Shown piece by piece: positions 8,372 to 17,855 of a stretch of 64,000 nt of DNA. The notes beneath the pieces are model-generated. The model did not search any database, was not told the DNA's origin, and saw only the letters and a program-made list of their open reading frames with translations. The position numbers and the translations under genes are program-made. Position 1 is the stretch's first letter. Each line of letters starts with the position of its first letter. The stretch is from a virus. The DNA lies in IMG/VR virus record IMGVR_UViG_3300025875_000003, positions 32,001 to 96,000 of that record; one strand, written 5' to 3'.

Positions 8372-8517
8372 TGCGGCGAAACGGAGACCCCAAGCACCCC
8401 CTTCACGTGTGGGAAAAGGTTTCTCAGAAGGGCCATCTGGTGCGCTGGAAGTGTGCAGCCGGAACGCTGTGCAACGCGACGAAGATGACGTTCGATGGCA
8501 AGTCCAGAGAAGCCTGA
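8371..8517 (+). CDS. small basic hypothetical protein
   Basis: GAGGAGG RBS, TGATG coupling. Confidence 0.55.
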   Translation: MRRNGDPKHPLHVWEKVSQKGHLVRWKCAAGTLCNATKMTFDGKSREA

Positions 8518-8550
8518 CTTCGCCACCCGGCTAGGAATCTTCTTCACGTA

Positions 8551-8586
8551 CGCCGCTGCCGCTTGGTCGGTAGCGGCGACTTTTTT
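8551..8586 (+). terminator. intrinsic terminator
   Basis: CGCCGCTGCCG/CGGTAGCGGCG stem followed by T6. Confidence 0.8.
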
Positions 8587-8595
8587 CCTCATCTG

Positions 8596-8625
8596 GTTGC
8601 ATATGTAGCCTGACTGCACTAGGAT
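8596..8625 (+). promoter_or_regulatory. repeated early promoter, copy 5
   Basis: G-TTGCAT-ATGTAGCCTGACTGCAC-TAGGAT. Confidence 0.8.
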
Positions 8626-8653
8626 GTGAGCAACAGAGCCTGAGGAGGCAGAT

Positions 8654-8968
8654 ATGGGTAGACACATCATCAAGGTAGCGCCCGACCTGGATTTGTACGT
8701 GGAGTGGTCTTCTATTGTCGATAGTCCAGTTTGTTGGGGTACCCGCGCGGAAATGCTTGAAGAGGGCACCGACGCTGTGAGGCTGGACCGGGCCGACAAG
8801 TTCGGAACCTCCTCTCTTCCGGGGTTCGATAACTGGGAAACCGATAGTCTCATTTATGAGCAGCAGGGCCTTCTCCCGCGCACAAAAATTCCAGAGGCGC
8901 TGCGTAGATTTGAGAACGACGAAGATGCCGACATCACCGATTTGCTTATCCCATTCGAAGAGGACTAG
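8654..8968 (+). CDS. hypothetical protein
   Basis: GAGGAGG RBS. Confidence 0.75.
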   Translation: MGRHIIKVAPDLDLYVEWSSIVDSPVCWGTRAEMLEEGTDAVRLDRADKFGTSSLPGFDNWETDSLIYEQQGLLPRTKIPEALRRFENDEDADITDLLIPFEED

Positions 8969-8970
8969 AA

Positions 8971-9327
8971 ATGACTACGCTGTTTCGAGTTGAGAACCCA
9001 CTGACCAATCTTGGTTTGTGGTACGCAGGTACGGGTGAATTTACCGAGTTCATAAAGACCATCGACAACGCTCAGTGCCGAGACTTGCCTATGGACTACG
9101 ATCCGACCATGAAGGACGGGGGGAACTGGATCAGCGCCTGCGATAATCTGGACGACATGCAGAACTGGTTCTCTCCATCTGACTTGCATCAGTTGCAGCA
9201 GGTGGGATATGGTCTCTACACCTTTGAGGTGCCTAACTACCGCCAGGCCAACGGCCACGCAATTTTCTTGCGCGAATCTGTGATTGAAAGCCGTCTGGTT
9301 TCGATCTCTCTTCTTGAAAGGATGTAA
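8971..9327 (+). CDS. hypothetical protein
   Basis: GAGGA RBS; begins LFRVE. Confidence 0.7.
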   Translation: MTTLFRVENPLTNLGLWYAGTGEFTEFIKTIDNAQCRDLPMDYDPTMKDGGNWISACDNLDDMQNWFSPSDLHQLQQVGYGLYTFEVPNYRQANGHAIFLRESVIESRLVSISLLERM

Positions 9328-9328
9328 G

Positions 9329-9598
9329 GTGACTAAGGAAATTCCGGCTGAGGCTGACCCGACCGGCGAGAACGCACGCTGGAACGCTCTGCTTGACGCA
9401 CTAAGGGCCATCGCTGATGACCCCACAGAGACGCCTGCGCGGCGCGCTAAGGCTCGCGGGGCGTGGGAGAAGGCTGTATCGGGCAGCGGCCCTGCTGCGG
9501 CTATCCTGGTGACACCCCCGGTATCCGCCAGACACACGCGCGGTGGAGGCCAGTTCCTTCGTACACGGTCAGAGGAGGAAGGAGGGGGTAAGCCCTGA
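9329..9598 (+). CDS. hypothetical protein
   Basis: AAGGA RBS, GTG start. Confidence 0.55.
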   Translation: MTKEIPAEADPTGENARWNALLDALRAIADDPTETPARRAKARGAWEKAVSGSGPAAAILVTPPVSARHTRGGGQFLRTRSEEEGGGKP

Positions 9599-10143
9599 TG
9601 TCTACGAATCCATATTCTATTAACTTCGAGGAAATATACGAGAACAAAGTTGCTGGAAAGACCTCTTACTTCGCTCTGATGTATGGGGCAACACCTGTGG
9701 TTCTCGGCACTTCTAACCACTCCAAGTTTCCGAGTGGTGACGTCCTTTGGATTAATGACGTGCCTACAAAGAAGAAGCCCCTTTCTCGCGGCGACCAGTA
9801 TAAGGAAACCTCTGTCACAACTGTCAGAGTTCCTAAGAAGGGCCAGGGCAAGTGTGTGAAGTGTTTTGGAATCATGGACATTTCCACAGATGCCATCAAT
9901 GAGGACGAAAGTACTCTAGAGTACGTAGCCGATCCCTACCTGAAGGCCACAGAAGATAAGATTGTCATGGGTTACTGGTGTCCGAATTGCTACAGCAAAA
10001 GAAAGAAGGAAATTCCGGCTCCGCCCCAGACCGATTCAGGACCATGGCCCGTCAAGTCTTTTATTGTCTCGGAGAATAACGACCAACTGTGGTTTAACTC
10101 CAACAACACGTGGCACACCTCTTACAACGCCAAGCCCTTTTAA
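9598..10143 (+). CDS. hypothetical protein with CxxC...CxxC
   Basis: CVKC and CPNC. Confidence 0.65.
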   Translation: MSTNPYSINFEEIYENKVAGKTSYFALMYGATPVVLGTSNHSKFPSGDVLWINDVPTKKKPLSRGDQYKETSVTTVRVPKKGQGKCVKCFGIMDISTDAINEDESTLEYVADPYLKATEDKIVMGYWCPNCYSKRKKEIPAPPQTDSGPWPVKSFIVSENNDQLWFNSNNTWHTSYNAKPF

Positions 10144-10152
10144 GGAGCACCC

Positions 10153-10734
10153 ATGGCTGTTTATTTCACGTCTGATCCGCATTGGGGCCATCGTTTCGTC
10201 TCTACGCTGCGTGGGTTCGAGTCCACGGCAGAGCACGATAGCGCTCTGTTGGACAACTTTCACGACACTCTGACTGAGGCAGATCAGACGTGGTGGCTCG
10301 GTGACCTTGCGATGCACAAGCCGGATTATGCGTTGGCTCAGATTGGCACAATTCCCGGTAAGCACCACCTGATTCTCGGCAACCACGACCGCGCACACCC
10401 CATGCACCGCGACTCTCACAAGCATCAGCGCATGTACTTTGAGGTCTTCGAGTCGGTTCAGGCTTTCGCGCGTCGTCGCATCAATGGCACCGAGGTTCTG
10501 CTTTCTCACTTCCCGTACGTGGGACTGGGAGACGACCACACGCCAGAAGCACGCAACGTTCAGTACCGTTTTCCTGATCTAGGAACATGGCTTCTTCACG
10601 GACACACGCACAACAGCGAGCAGCGCGTTCACGGTCACCAGATTCATGTTGGTCTGGACGCCTGGCACATGAAGCCCGTACCACTTTCCTACCTAGAGAG
10701 CATCATTCCTACTACCCTGAAGGCGGATCGATGA
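10153..10734 (+). CDS. calcineurin-like metallophosphoesterase
   Basis: TSDPHWGH, LGDLA, GNHD, HGHTH motifs. Confidence 0.9.
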   Translation: MAVYFTSDPHWGHRFVSTLRGFESTAEHDSALLDNFHDTLTEADQTWWLGDLAMHKPDYALAQIGTIPGKHHLILGNHDRAHPMHRDSHKHQRMYFEVFESVQAFARRRINGTEVLLSHFPYVGLGDDHTPEARNVQYRFPDLGTWLLHGHTHNSEQRVHGHQIHVGLDAWHMKPVPLSYLESIIPTTLKADR

Positions 10735-10979
10735 CCGCACTAAATAAGGTTCAACTTCGACATGTCGTCACGTCAGACAGTCTGAAGAATTCTACATTTC
10801 CTCCTGACCGCGTAAGGTTGGAGATTGACAACGCCCTACGTGAATTCTTTACCTCTCCCGATGTGGAGGGTGCAGACATTGATTACGACACATTCAAGGT
10901 CACCTTTTCCAAGGCTCCAGACGACTTTGTTTTTCATGACTACCACGTGGTACATGTCGAGGCTGAAGTCAGTCTGTGA
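10731..10979 (+). CDS. hypothetical protein
   Basis: ATGA coupling. Confidence 0.6.
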   Translation: MTALNKVQLRHVVTSDSLKNSTFPPDRVRLEIDNALREFFTSPDVEGADIDYDTFKVTFSKAPDDFVFHDYHVVHVEAEVSL

Positions 10980-11040
10980 CTTTCCCACCAACACAAACAG
11001 AGCGTACTACTAGTAGTGGCTATTTCTAAGGAGAACATCT

Positions 11041-11361
11041 ATGCCAATGCCCGGAAGTGTAGTTAATGACGATTTTCTAGAAGATGTGGAGACAACGCCA
11101 GAGCAGAAGCGCCTTGCTGCCCTCTTTGCGGCGCGCCATGTGCCCCGTGACAGCCTTGTTGGGGTGCTGGGCATGCTAGGAGTGCTGGAGGCTCTTCGAC
11201 CCGCTCCTGAGCCAGTTTCTGTGGCTGTAGAAAGCATCGCTGTCCCCGAGCCTGTGGATAGTGCGCCAGAGCCTGCCGTTGCACGGTTTCCATGGGCGGT
11301 GGCTCCGTCGTGGAATCGTAAGTTCCCGTGGGCTCGGCGCAGGGGATCGACTGATGATTGA
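11041..11361 (+). CDS. hypothetical protein
   Basis: AAGGAG RBS. Confidence 0.65.
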   Translation: MPMPGSVVNDDFLEDVETTPEQKRLAALFAARHVPRDSLVGVLGMLGVLEALRPAPEPVSVAVESIAVPEPVDSAPEPAVARFPWAVAPSWNRKFPWARRRGSTDD

Positions 11362-11524
11362 AGTATTTTCAATTGCTCTTGCCCTTCCTTCGATCCCCAC
11401 GATTATTGCTTTTGTTTTATGTCTTTATCGCATTGTGCGCCTGGAGCATAAGACACAAGAACTAGCACGCCGCATCGACAGACATCACCCAACTCCGAAG
11501 AGGGAGAATAATGCCTCGGGGTAA
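11354..11524 (+). CDS. small membrane protein
   Basis: N-terminal hydrophobic helix. Confidence 0.6.
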   Translation: MIEVFSIALALPSIPTIIAFVLCLYRIVRLEHKTQELARRIDRHHPTPKRENNASG

Positions 11525-11906
11525 TAACTACCGACAAAATCCTCATCAGTTGACTGACAGGCAGATTGAGATTTTTCGTTTGGCGAGTCAGGGCCTTTCC
11601 AACAGAGAGATTGGTGAAAAGATCTATGTGGTGGAAAATACCGTAGACACCCATCTTCGCTTGGGATATAAGAAACTGGGTACCAGCAGTAGGGCAGGAG
11701 CCATTGCACTAGGTATTCGAGAGGGTTGGATTCCTCTACATACGGGTGACGATCTGCTAGAAGATGCTGCTATCCGTCTTTACTGCCACATCTACTTCAA
11801 TGGCAGTGACGCAGGAGCCGATGACTTCGGCATGGAACCCGAAGATTTGAAGGAACAGATGCGTGGATTGGCTCGTGCGGCCCTAAACATCAAGGAAAAC
11901 TCATGA
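11511..11906 (+). CDS. LuxR/GerE-type HTH DNA-binding protein
   Basis: LTDRQIEIFRLASQGLSNREIGEKIYVVENTVDTHL...KLG. Confidence 0.88.
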   Translation: MPRGNNYRQNPHQLTDRQIEIFRLASQGLSNREIGEKIYVVENTVDTHLRLGYKKLGTSSRAGAIALGIREGWIPLHTGDDLLEDAAIRLYCHIYFNGSDAGADDFGMEPEDLKEQMRGLARAALNIKENS

Positions 11907-12334
11907 TTCAGGCACCACAACCCAAGCCGACCCCCAAGTTCTGTACGCAGATTGCCGGACGCCATCCGTTCGAGAAGTTCCACCAGAACATTGGCCAGGC
12001 CAAGAATGCCGTAGGGTACGGTGGCGGTCGGTGGCGCGGTGTTCGTGGAGGTAAGATCTTCGAGTGGAAGGATTCCTCAGGCACGTGGGAACTCATTCAT
12101 GACATTGCTCCAGGCACTTTGGGTAGAGACCTTCCCTGGCACGTAGACGCAGCCAAGCGTGAGGAAGAACGCCAGTGGGCTGCCGAGAAGGCGCGGGAAG
12201 CCAAGCGCATTAAGTCACTCTCTTACTTTTTGGTGGATTCTGGTATCTCTCTGACCGGACCACGCATCGGAGAGGATGCACGCAAGATCTGGGAATACCT
12301 AGAAGAGCGCTATGACATCCGGGAGAAGAATTGA
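11903..12334 (+). CDS. hypothetical protein
   Basis: ATGA coupling. Confidence 0.7.
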   Translation: MIQAPQPKPTPKFCTQIAGRHPFEKFHQNIGQAKNAVGYGGGRWRGVRGGKIFEWKDSSGTWELIHDIAPGTLGRDLPWHVDAAKREEERQWAAEKAREAKRIKSLSYFLVDSGISLTGPRIGEDARKIWEYLEERYDIREKN

Positions 12335-13350
12335 CAAAGGTTATGATCTGTGGGGATATTCACGTCAGAGACCGCGCACCCTCAAATTGCCACGATTCCT
12401 ATACCGATGACATCATTGACATCTTGAAGTGGACTGCGGATTATTGCGCTTCTGAAGGAATCAAGCACGCCATATGGGCAGGGGATGTGTTTGACTTTAA
12501 GAGTCCCAGCAAGAATTCTCATGCTCTTGTCTTGAAGATGATCGGTGTGGTGCGACACTACATCGAGCAGGGTGTCGAACTGTCCATCGTGCCCGGCAAC
12601 CACGACCTCAGCAACGATGTGCTGGACACGATCCACACGAAGCAGCCGCTGGGCGTGCTGTACGCCGCAGGAGCGCACGAACTCAAAGGCTGGCACCCCG
12701 ATCTTCCGGTGTACGGCGTTCCCTGGCAGCAGACGTGGACTACCGATCCAGAATTGGCTCTGCTCTCTTTCGAAGACTATCGCTTGGCTTTTGAAAGCCT
12801 AAATGACACTGCTAGGGTTCCGCAGTGGTCCTATGACCAGCCATGCCTTGTCGTCACACACGCACCTATTTATCCACCTGCTCAGGTTGAACGCGGCGTA
12901 CCTTTTGATCTGGTGGACACTAAGAGGCTTGCCGACGCCATGCACGGCCACGGCTATCTGTACTACGGCCACATTCACGAAGACCACGGAATCTTCACGG
13001 ACGGCGGAGTGACCTTCGCCAACATGGGTGCCATCTCTCGTGGGTCTCTGCATGAGTACAATCTGGAGCGCACGGTCAAGGTTTCTGTGTGGACAGACGA
13101 ACCGGGAGAAGAGGGCTTCACGGAGGTCATTGTGCCGCAGAAGCCAGCCTCTGAGGTCTTCAAGATCGAGTCAGCATCCTTGGCTAAGGCCGAGAAGATG
13201 AATCTGAACCAGTTTCTCACCAGCGTCGGCTCTGCTTCCCTAGATATCTCGACTACGGCATCCGTCGTCGCCCACCTTCGGGAACTCAACGATGTGCCCG
13301 AAGAAGTCATTACACGCGCAGTTGATTTCTTGGAGGCTGTCGATGCCTGA
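12331..13350 (+). CDS. SbcD/Mre11-like metallophosphoesterase nuclease
   Basis: GDIH, GDVFD, GNHD, THAP, GHIH motifs; 339 aa. Confidence 0.85.
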   Translation: MTKVMICGDIHVRDRAPSNCHDSYTDDIIDILKWTADYCASEGIKHAIWAGDVFDFKSPSKNSHALVLKMIGVVRHYIEQGVELSIVPGNHDLSNDVLDTIHTKQPLGVLYAAGAHELKGWHPDLPVYGVPWQQTWTTDPELALLSFEDYRLAFESLNDTARVPQWSYDQPCLVVTHAPIYPPAQVERGVPFDLVDTKRLADAMHGHGYLYYGHIHEDHGIFTDGGVTFANMGAISRGSLHEYNLERTVKVSVWTDEPGEEGFTEVIVPQKPASEVFKIESASLAKAEKMNLNQFLTSVGSASLDISTTASVVAHLRELNDVPEEVITRAVDFLEAVDA

Positions 13351-13433
13351 CAATGGGTGCTGGTGCGGGATGGACCACTCCAAAATGGATTGGGACGAAG
13401 AACTTGGTTGGTACGAAGTCTGGGAGGACGAAG

Positions 13434-14003
13434 ATGACTGAAAACGAAGAGTGGGTTCGCGGAAGTTGGATGCAGACCTACACCGGAAAGCAGTTCTGGC
13501 CTATGTCCCCGCGCGTAGAGGACGTGGACCCTGTGGACATTGCGCATGCCCTGTCTCTGCTGTGCCGCTACAACGGCCACGTGCAACGCTTCTACAGCGT
13601 GGCTGAGCACTGCGTGCTCATGTCCTACGCTGTACCCGAGGAGTATGCTCTGTGGGCTCTTCTGCACGACGCCACTGAGGCCTATGTAGGGGACATGATT
13701 CGTCCCCTGAAGCAGTTCATGCCTGAGTATGTAGCAGCAGAAGCGCTAGTGGCTCTCGCCATTGCTCAGAGGTTTGATCTTCGTACTGCCGATGGCCTCT
13801 TTACCCACAAACTGCCCGCTCCGGTGAAGGAGGCGGACAACCGTATTCTTCTCACCGAGCGTGCTGCTCTCATGCCCAACACCACGCACGCTTGGGCTGT
13901 GGAAGATCTAGAGCCGCTTCCTGTGTCAATTTCTGGGTGGCTTCCGGAGACCGCTGAGCGTGCATATCTTGTTCGCTTGCACGAACTTTGGACGGACTCC
14001 TAA
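13434..14003 (+). CDS. HD-domain 5'-deoxynucleotidase-like protein (YfbR-like)
   Basis: DIAHALS, YSVAEHC, ALLHDATEAYVGD. Confidence 0.88.
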   Translation: MTENEEWVRGSWMQTYTGKQFWPMSPRVEDVDPVDIAHALSLLCRYNGHVQRFYSVAEHCVLMSYAVPEEYALWALLHDATEAYVGDMIRPLKQFMPEYVAAEALVALAIAQRFDLRTADGLFTHKLPAPVKEADNRILLTERAALMPNTTHAWAVEDLEPLPVSISGWLPETAERAYLVRLHELWTDS

Positions 14004-14341
14004 TGTCTCACGACCATGAAGCAGAGTATTGGGAGTGGTTTAACCGCTTCTTCTACCAACCAACTCCTGAGATCAACCAAATTCTGTCTGACGCTCTCGA
14101 CATCCACAACTCGGGTCTCGGTGCTTCCCTGTCTACTCCTACGAAGTCTATTATTGAGGTGATCCGTTCCCACATCAGTTGGGATGAGGCCACGTCCGAA
14201 CAAATACTTGCGGATCTCAGATACTATGCCCGCTGGCGTCCGTCTGTGCGGTATGATGGACCCGTGCGTTCATTCGAAGATCAACAGATCATCGATAGGT
14301 TGAACGAAAGTCTGAGGAGCGGACAGTGGATGAAGCGGTAG
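14003..14341 (+). CDS. hypothetical protein
   Basis: TAATG coupling. Confidence 0.6.
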   Translation: MSHDHEAEYWEWFNRFFYQPTPEINQILSDALDIHNSGLGASLSTPTKSIIEVIRSHISWDEATSEQILADLRYYARWRPSVRYDGPVRSFEDQQIIDRLNESLRSGQWMKR

Positions 14342-14592
14342 CAACTACCTACCGGTGCCAGCACATTGGCGGGCCGTACGACGGGCTCACCGAGGACCGG
14401 GAATTCAAGCCCGAGCAACAACAGTTCATGTGGGCACAGGCTGTGCAAGTCAAGCAGGGCACCGACGCCAAGCCTTGGCTCATGCACCGGTACGAGATCG
14501 AGATCGATGGCATCCGCGCTCGCCTGAACTACAGAGGTTATCGCGCACTTAGCAATAATCCACTCGCTAAGTTGGGTGACACATCTTCCTAA
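14326..14592 (+). CDS. hypothetical protein
   Basis: GAGGAG RBS; IGGPYDG motif. Confidence 0.6.
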   Translation: MDEAVATTYRCQHIGGPYDGLTEDREFKPEQQQFMWAQAVQVKQGTDAKPWLMHRYEIEIDGIRARLNYRGYRALSNNPLAKLGDTSS

Positions 14593-14655
14593 CATCAGCA
14601 CCTGACTAGCCGATGAGATAGGTGTACCGCTCAACAACCACAGTTAGGAATCACC

Positions 14656-14901
14656 ATGAAGAACATCTCTCGTCGTTTTACCTCTATTGTCCTGGGTCTT
14701 GGTCTCGTCGTCGCTGGCGCGGGCGCTGCTGAGGCCGCTACGTGGACTTACAAGTATGCAGGTCCGGGATATACCGAGGCAACCTGCGAGGCGCTGTACT
14801 ACTCCCCCTGGGGCAAGAACGGCGTGAACCTTGTTTATGTGGGCAACCCGTACTATGTGGGGTCTGGCTCTACGCTGAAGTGTGCGGTGCGCGTCGGCTG
14901 A
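14656..14901 (+). CDS. small secreted protein
   Basis: Sec signal ending AEA; about 54-aa mature part with two Cys. Confidence 0.75.
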   Translation: MKNISRRFTSIVLGLGLVVAGAGAAEAATWTYKYAGPGYTEATCEALYYSPWGKNGVNLVYVGNPYYVGSGSTLKCAVRVG

Positions 14902-14916
14902 GTTAAGCCGAGTGCT

Positions 14917-14950
14917 CAGGCCCTTCATCCTTCGGGGTGGAGGGCCTGTT
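14917..14950 (+). terminator. terminator-like hairpin abutting promoter copy 6
   Basis: CAGGCCCTTCATCC-TTCG-GGGTGGAGGGCCTG. Confidence 0.7.
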
Positions 14951-14977
14951 GCATATGTAGCATGACTACGCTACTGT
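14948..14977 (+). promoter_or_regulatory. repeated early promoter, copy 6
   Basis: G-TTGCAT-ATGTAGCATGACTACGC-TACTGT. Confidence 0.8.
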
Positions 14978-15005
14978 GTACTTAAGAGATCCTGAGGAGG
15001 ACACC

Positions 15006-15452
15006 ATGGACATCAAGAGCATCAAGCCTGTGCGCAAGGTTCGTACCGAGGTCGGCATTGAACTTCCGTACCGCATCGAGCACGGCAAGTGGAACTTCAA
15101 GGTGGACCCTGCCGTACGGGAGGTCACCAAGGTGGACGAGGGCACGGTCTTCATCTCTTGGAGCCTCATCGAGGAACTGTCCGGTGTCACCACAGACAGT
15201 CTCGGCATGGGTGGATCTCTCATCATTGGGCACCGCGAAGGATACGCACTGGAGCAAGCCGGGTTTGCAGTACAGGAGACACGGGGCGGATATCACGGAA
15301 CTGAGGCTACTAAGGAACTGGAGGCTCACTTGGCTAAGACATACACCGAGGCTGTCGATCCTCTGCGGGCAGAAGCAGTGGAAGAGTTGATTTCCAAGCA
15401 CTCCTACTCAGCGCAGGCTATTCGGTCCTGGTTTGACAGGCTGCTTCGATGA
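15006..15452 (+). CDS. hypothetical protein
   Basis: GGAGGACACC-ATG. Confidence 0.75.
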   Translation: MDIKSIKPVRKVRTEVGIELPYRIEHGKWNFKVDPAVREVTKVDEGTVFISWSLIEELSGVTTDSLGMGGSLIIGHREGYALEQAGFAVQETRGGYHGTEATKELEAHLAKTYTEAVDPLRAEAVEELISKHSYSAQAIRSWFDRLLR

Positions 15453-15545
15453 GACGACACGCACAGCGAGGCTTCCAGCCCGCCGAACTGCCGCCTGAGA
15501 CGCAGGCCAAAATCGACGCCATGTGGGCTAAGATCAGAGCCTCTG

Positions 15546-15752
15546 ATGAGGAGGATGAAGATGGAGCGAACGAGTAACCCGCTAGTTCAGATGGACGCCA
15601 TCTCAGCCGTTCAATCTGTGCTTCTGGAAGAGATGAGCAATCAGGCACGTCTTGCCTACATCGGCACCGAGGGTGTCTATGGGATCGCAGTACACCGAGA
15701 GCAGTATCGACTTCTCAGCCTCGCGCTAGAGGCCATCACGAACGGAGACTGA
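15546..15752 (+). CDS. hypothetical protein
   Basis: ORF in operon context; start uncertain. Confidence 0.55.
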   Translation: MRRMKMERTSNPLVQMDAISAVQSVLLEEMSNQARLAYIGTEGVYGIAVHREQYRLLSLALEAITNGD

Positions 15753-15753
15753 C

Positions 15754-16044
15754 ATGAGCACATACTTCAACATGGGCGACTACATTCAGGTAACCACGAA
15801 GGACGGCGAGATCGTCAACGGGTGGGCGCTCAGTACGCTGGGGACCATAGGTTACGCGACCTACACCGTTCGCACTCGTACCGGAGACCGTGACTTCAAC
15901 CACAACTTCGACAAGACCACTGTACTGGTCCCCAAGGGTCTGACTGAGCAGGAGGCTCAGGAGCAGATCCATCGTCTGCGTCAGGCTCTCCGCGCCACTG
16001 GTCTTCCCGAGCACTTCATCGACTCGGTTCAGGCCGGGGCATGA
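15754..16044 (+). CDS. hypothetical protein
   Basis: GGAG RBS. Confidence 0.7.
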   Translation: MSTYFNMGDYIQVTTKDGEIVNGWALSTLGTIGYATYTVRTRTGDRDFNHNFDKTTVLVPKGLTEQEAQEQIHRLRQALRATGLPEHFIDSVQAGA

Positions 16045-16160
16045 CGTGTCTGCGACTCGGTGCACTTGCGTGCGAGATGTTCGCCTGGTCGTAATTCTTC
16101 CTGACCCTCTGTGTCCTGCCTGGACACTTCACGTCATTCACCCAGAGAGGGAGCGAGAAG

Positions 16161-16316
16161 ATGCCTGACCGTTTCAAGAATGCCCCTGGTGTGAAGTGGG
16201 CCAGCGATTACTACTACACCACACGCAAGAAGCACAAGAACCGGCGAGAGGCACGTCTGCGCATGAAGCGCGCTACCCGCCGAGAAGCCCTGGATTGGAG
16301 TAACGACAATGACTGA
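16161..16316 (+). CDS. small basic hypothetical protein
   Basis: GAGGGAG RBS; overlaps the next start. Confidence 0.55.
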   Translation: MPDRFKNAPGVKWASDYYYTTRKKHKNRREARLRMKRATRREALDWSNDND

Positions 16317-16854
16317 TGAATCGGTTGCCAAGTACCTTCATAGTCTCGCCACGCACTTTGACCGCAAGGACTGGGAGTGGACCCGCAAGCACGACATCAA
16401 GCACATCCGGCGTGAGGGTGACTACTCGGGATACGACCATCCCGTTCGTCGTGTTCAGCGCCTGATTAAGCGTCATCTGCCTGGCAATGCCTGGAGGCGG
16501 GATCGAGGGATTTGGGGCATGCTCTCAGGAACCGAGGAAAAGACTTCTTTCTGGAAGAAAATCCAGTTGAAGGTTTGGGGCTTGAAGGCCGAGGTCTACG
16601 TGACGCTGCGTACTGACAAGCACCTGCCCGATGGAGTGCTGGAGAATGCGGCTATTATTGCTTATTGGGAAGAGGATGGCGAGTACTTGCAGATGGTTCA
16701 GCCGTCTGTGGGTGAACTGCTGGCCAACTTCCTGCTAGAAGACCCCGAGCACCCTCACGCACAGAAGATTTTGGCCGAACTGACCCGCCTTTCCGAGCGC
16801 TACAGCGCCCGCATCAAGGCCGGAGAAGTGGACGGCGAGGTACACGAGGACTGA
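16309..16854 (+). CDS. hypothetical protein
   Basis: GGAG RBS, 181 aa. Confidence 0.75.
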   Translation: MTDESVAKYLHSLATHFDRKDWEWTRKHDIKHIRREGDYSGYDHPVRRVQRLIKRHLPGNAWRRDRGIWGMLSGTEEKTSFWKKIQLKVWGLKAEVYVTLRTDKHLPDGVLENAAIIAYWEEDGEYLQMVQPSVGELLANFLLEDPEHPHAQKILAELTRLSERYSARIKAGEVDGEVHED

Positions 16855-16855
16855 G

Positions 16856-16885
16856 GTTGCGTATGACGCTTGACTGCACTAGGCT
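16856..16885 (+). promoter_or_regulatory. repeated early promoter, copy 7
   Basis: G-TTGCGT-ATGACGCTTGACTGCAC-TAGGCT. Confidence 0.75.
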
Positions 16886-16907
16886 GTAGCCAACATCAAG
16901 AAACGAG

Positions 16908-17345
16908 GTGGTCTCCATGTCCGTGATGAGTAGCCCGCGCAACCGCTGCCGCTTGGGAGTGGACAACCCGATTGACGACGACGGGTTCTGGGAGTTCCGC
17001 AAGTTCAAGGCCAACCGCAAGGGTGGCGGTCCGACCGGAGGCCGTCTGTGGCGGCGCACGATCCGTACCCGTGAGCAGCGGCTGGTTCGGGCCGAGATCG
17101 ATCAGTACTACGCCGATCTGGAAGAGGAGCGCCACGAAGCCCTGCTGGAGGAAATCTGGGAGGTCAACGAACCCTTGGCTTACATGGGTGAGGCATACTG
17201 GCCTGCCAACCAGGAGGAGTCTATCTTCACTTCGTGGCCGGACGAGGATGACTTCGTGGGCTGCAACGACGACTGCCCTTCCTGCCTCGCTGCTGACGAT
17301 GAACTTACTGACCTGGACCGCATGCTATTTGGATGGGACGGCTGA
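16908..17345 (+). CDS. hypothetical protein (basic N-terminus, acidic C-terminus)
   Basis: first gene after a promoter; start uncertain. Confidence 0.65.
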   Translation: MVSMSVMSSPRNRCRLGVDNPIDDDGFWEFRKFKANRKGGGPTGGRLWRRTIRTREQRLVRAEIDQYYADLEEERHEALLEEIWEVNEPLAYMGEAYWPANQEESIFTSWPDEDDFVGCNDDCPSCLAADDELTDLDRMLFGWDG

Positions 17346-17530
17346 TGACCACACAGACGCACGAGAAGGCCGCTCTGAGCGCACGGGAGGCCGAGGTAGT
17401 CAATATGTACCGACAGGCTCTTTCCAAGCCCTCTCGTGGGCAACGTCCGCGCACCCATCTCAACGCTCCGGCAGGTACTCTGGTCGAACTTCTGGACATC
17501 ATTGACCGACTTACTGAGGAGAAGCCATGA
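17345..17530 (+). CDS. hypothetical protein
   Basis: TGATG coupling. Confidence 0.6.
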   Translation: MTTQTHEKAALSAREAEVVNMYRQALSKPSRGQRPRTHLNAPAGTLVELLDIIDRLTEEKP

Positions 17531-17587
17531 CGGCTATTGGAAACTTCGCACTTCTCACCCACGATGACCTTCAGGTAGAGGAGATCA

Positions 17588-17785
17588 ATGATGACCGAGC
17601 CAGTTCCTGATCCCGCCTATGACAATTTTCTAAGCGTTGGTGGCAATGTCATTCGCTGCGATAACCACCGTCTAGTGCAGCACCGCGATGGGCGTGTTCC
17701 TTGGTGTAATCGGTGCAGGAAGACCGCACATGGTCTGCACAAGGACGACATACAGCCCTTCTGGGACAAGAAGAGACTTAACTAA
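17588..17785 (+). CDS. small Zn-ribbon-like hypothetical protein
   Basis: C..H...WCNRC. Confidence 0.6.
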   Translation: MMTEPVPDPAYDNFLSVGGNVIRCDNHRLVQHRDGRVPWCNRCRKTAHGLHKDDIQPFWDKKRLN

Positions 17786-17855
17786 GTTGCACTACTTGCG
17801 CTAGGGCATGCTCATACGGAATGATAGTGAGCAACTTGTCCGGAAAGGACGTATA

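Noticed and set aside
8971-9327. ADP-ribosyltransferase from the N-terminal FRVE motif
   Set aside because: Only a four-residue resemblance; no convincing S-x-S or catalytic Glu strand.
13434-14003. Z-genome (DatZ) pathway
   Set aside because: An HD hydrolase alone is common; no PurZ or MazZ is visible in the window.
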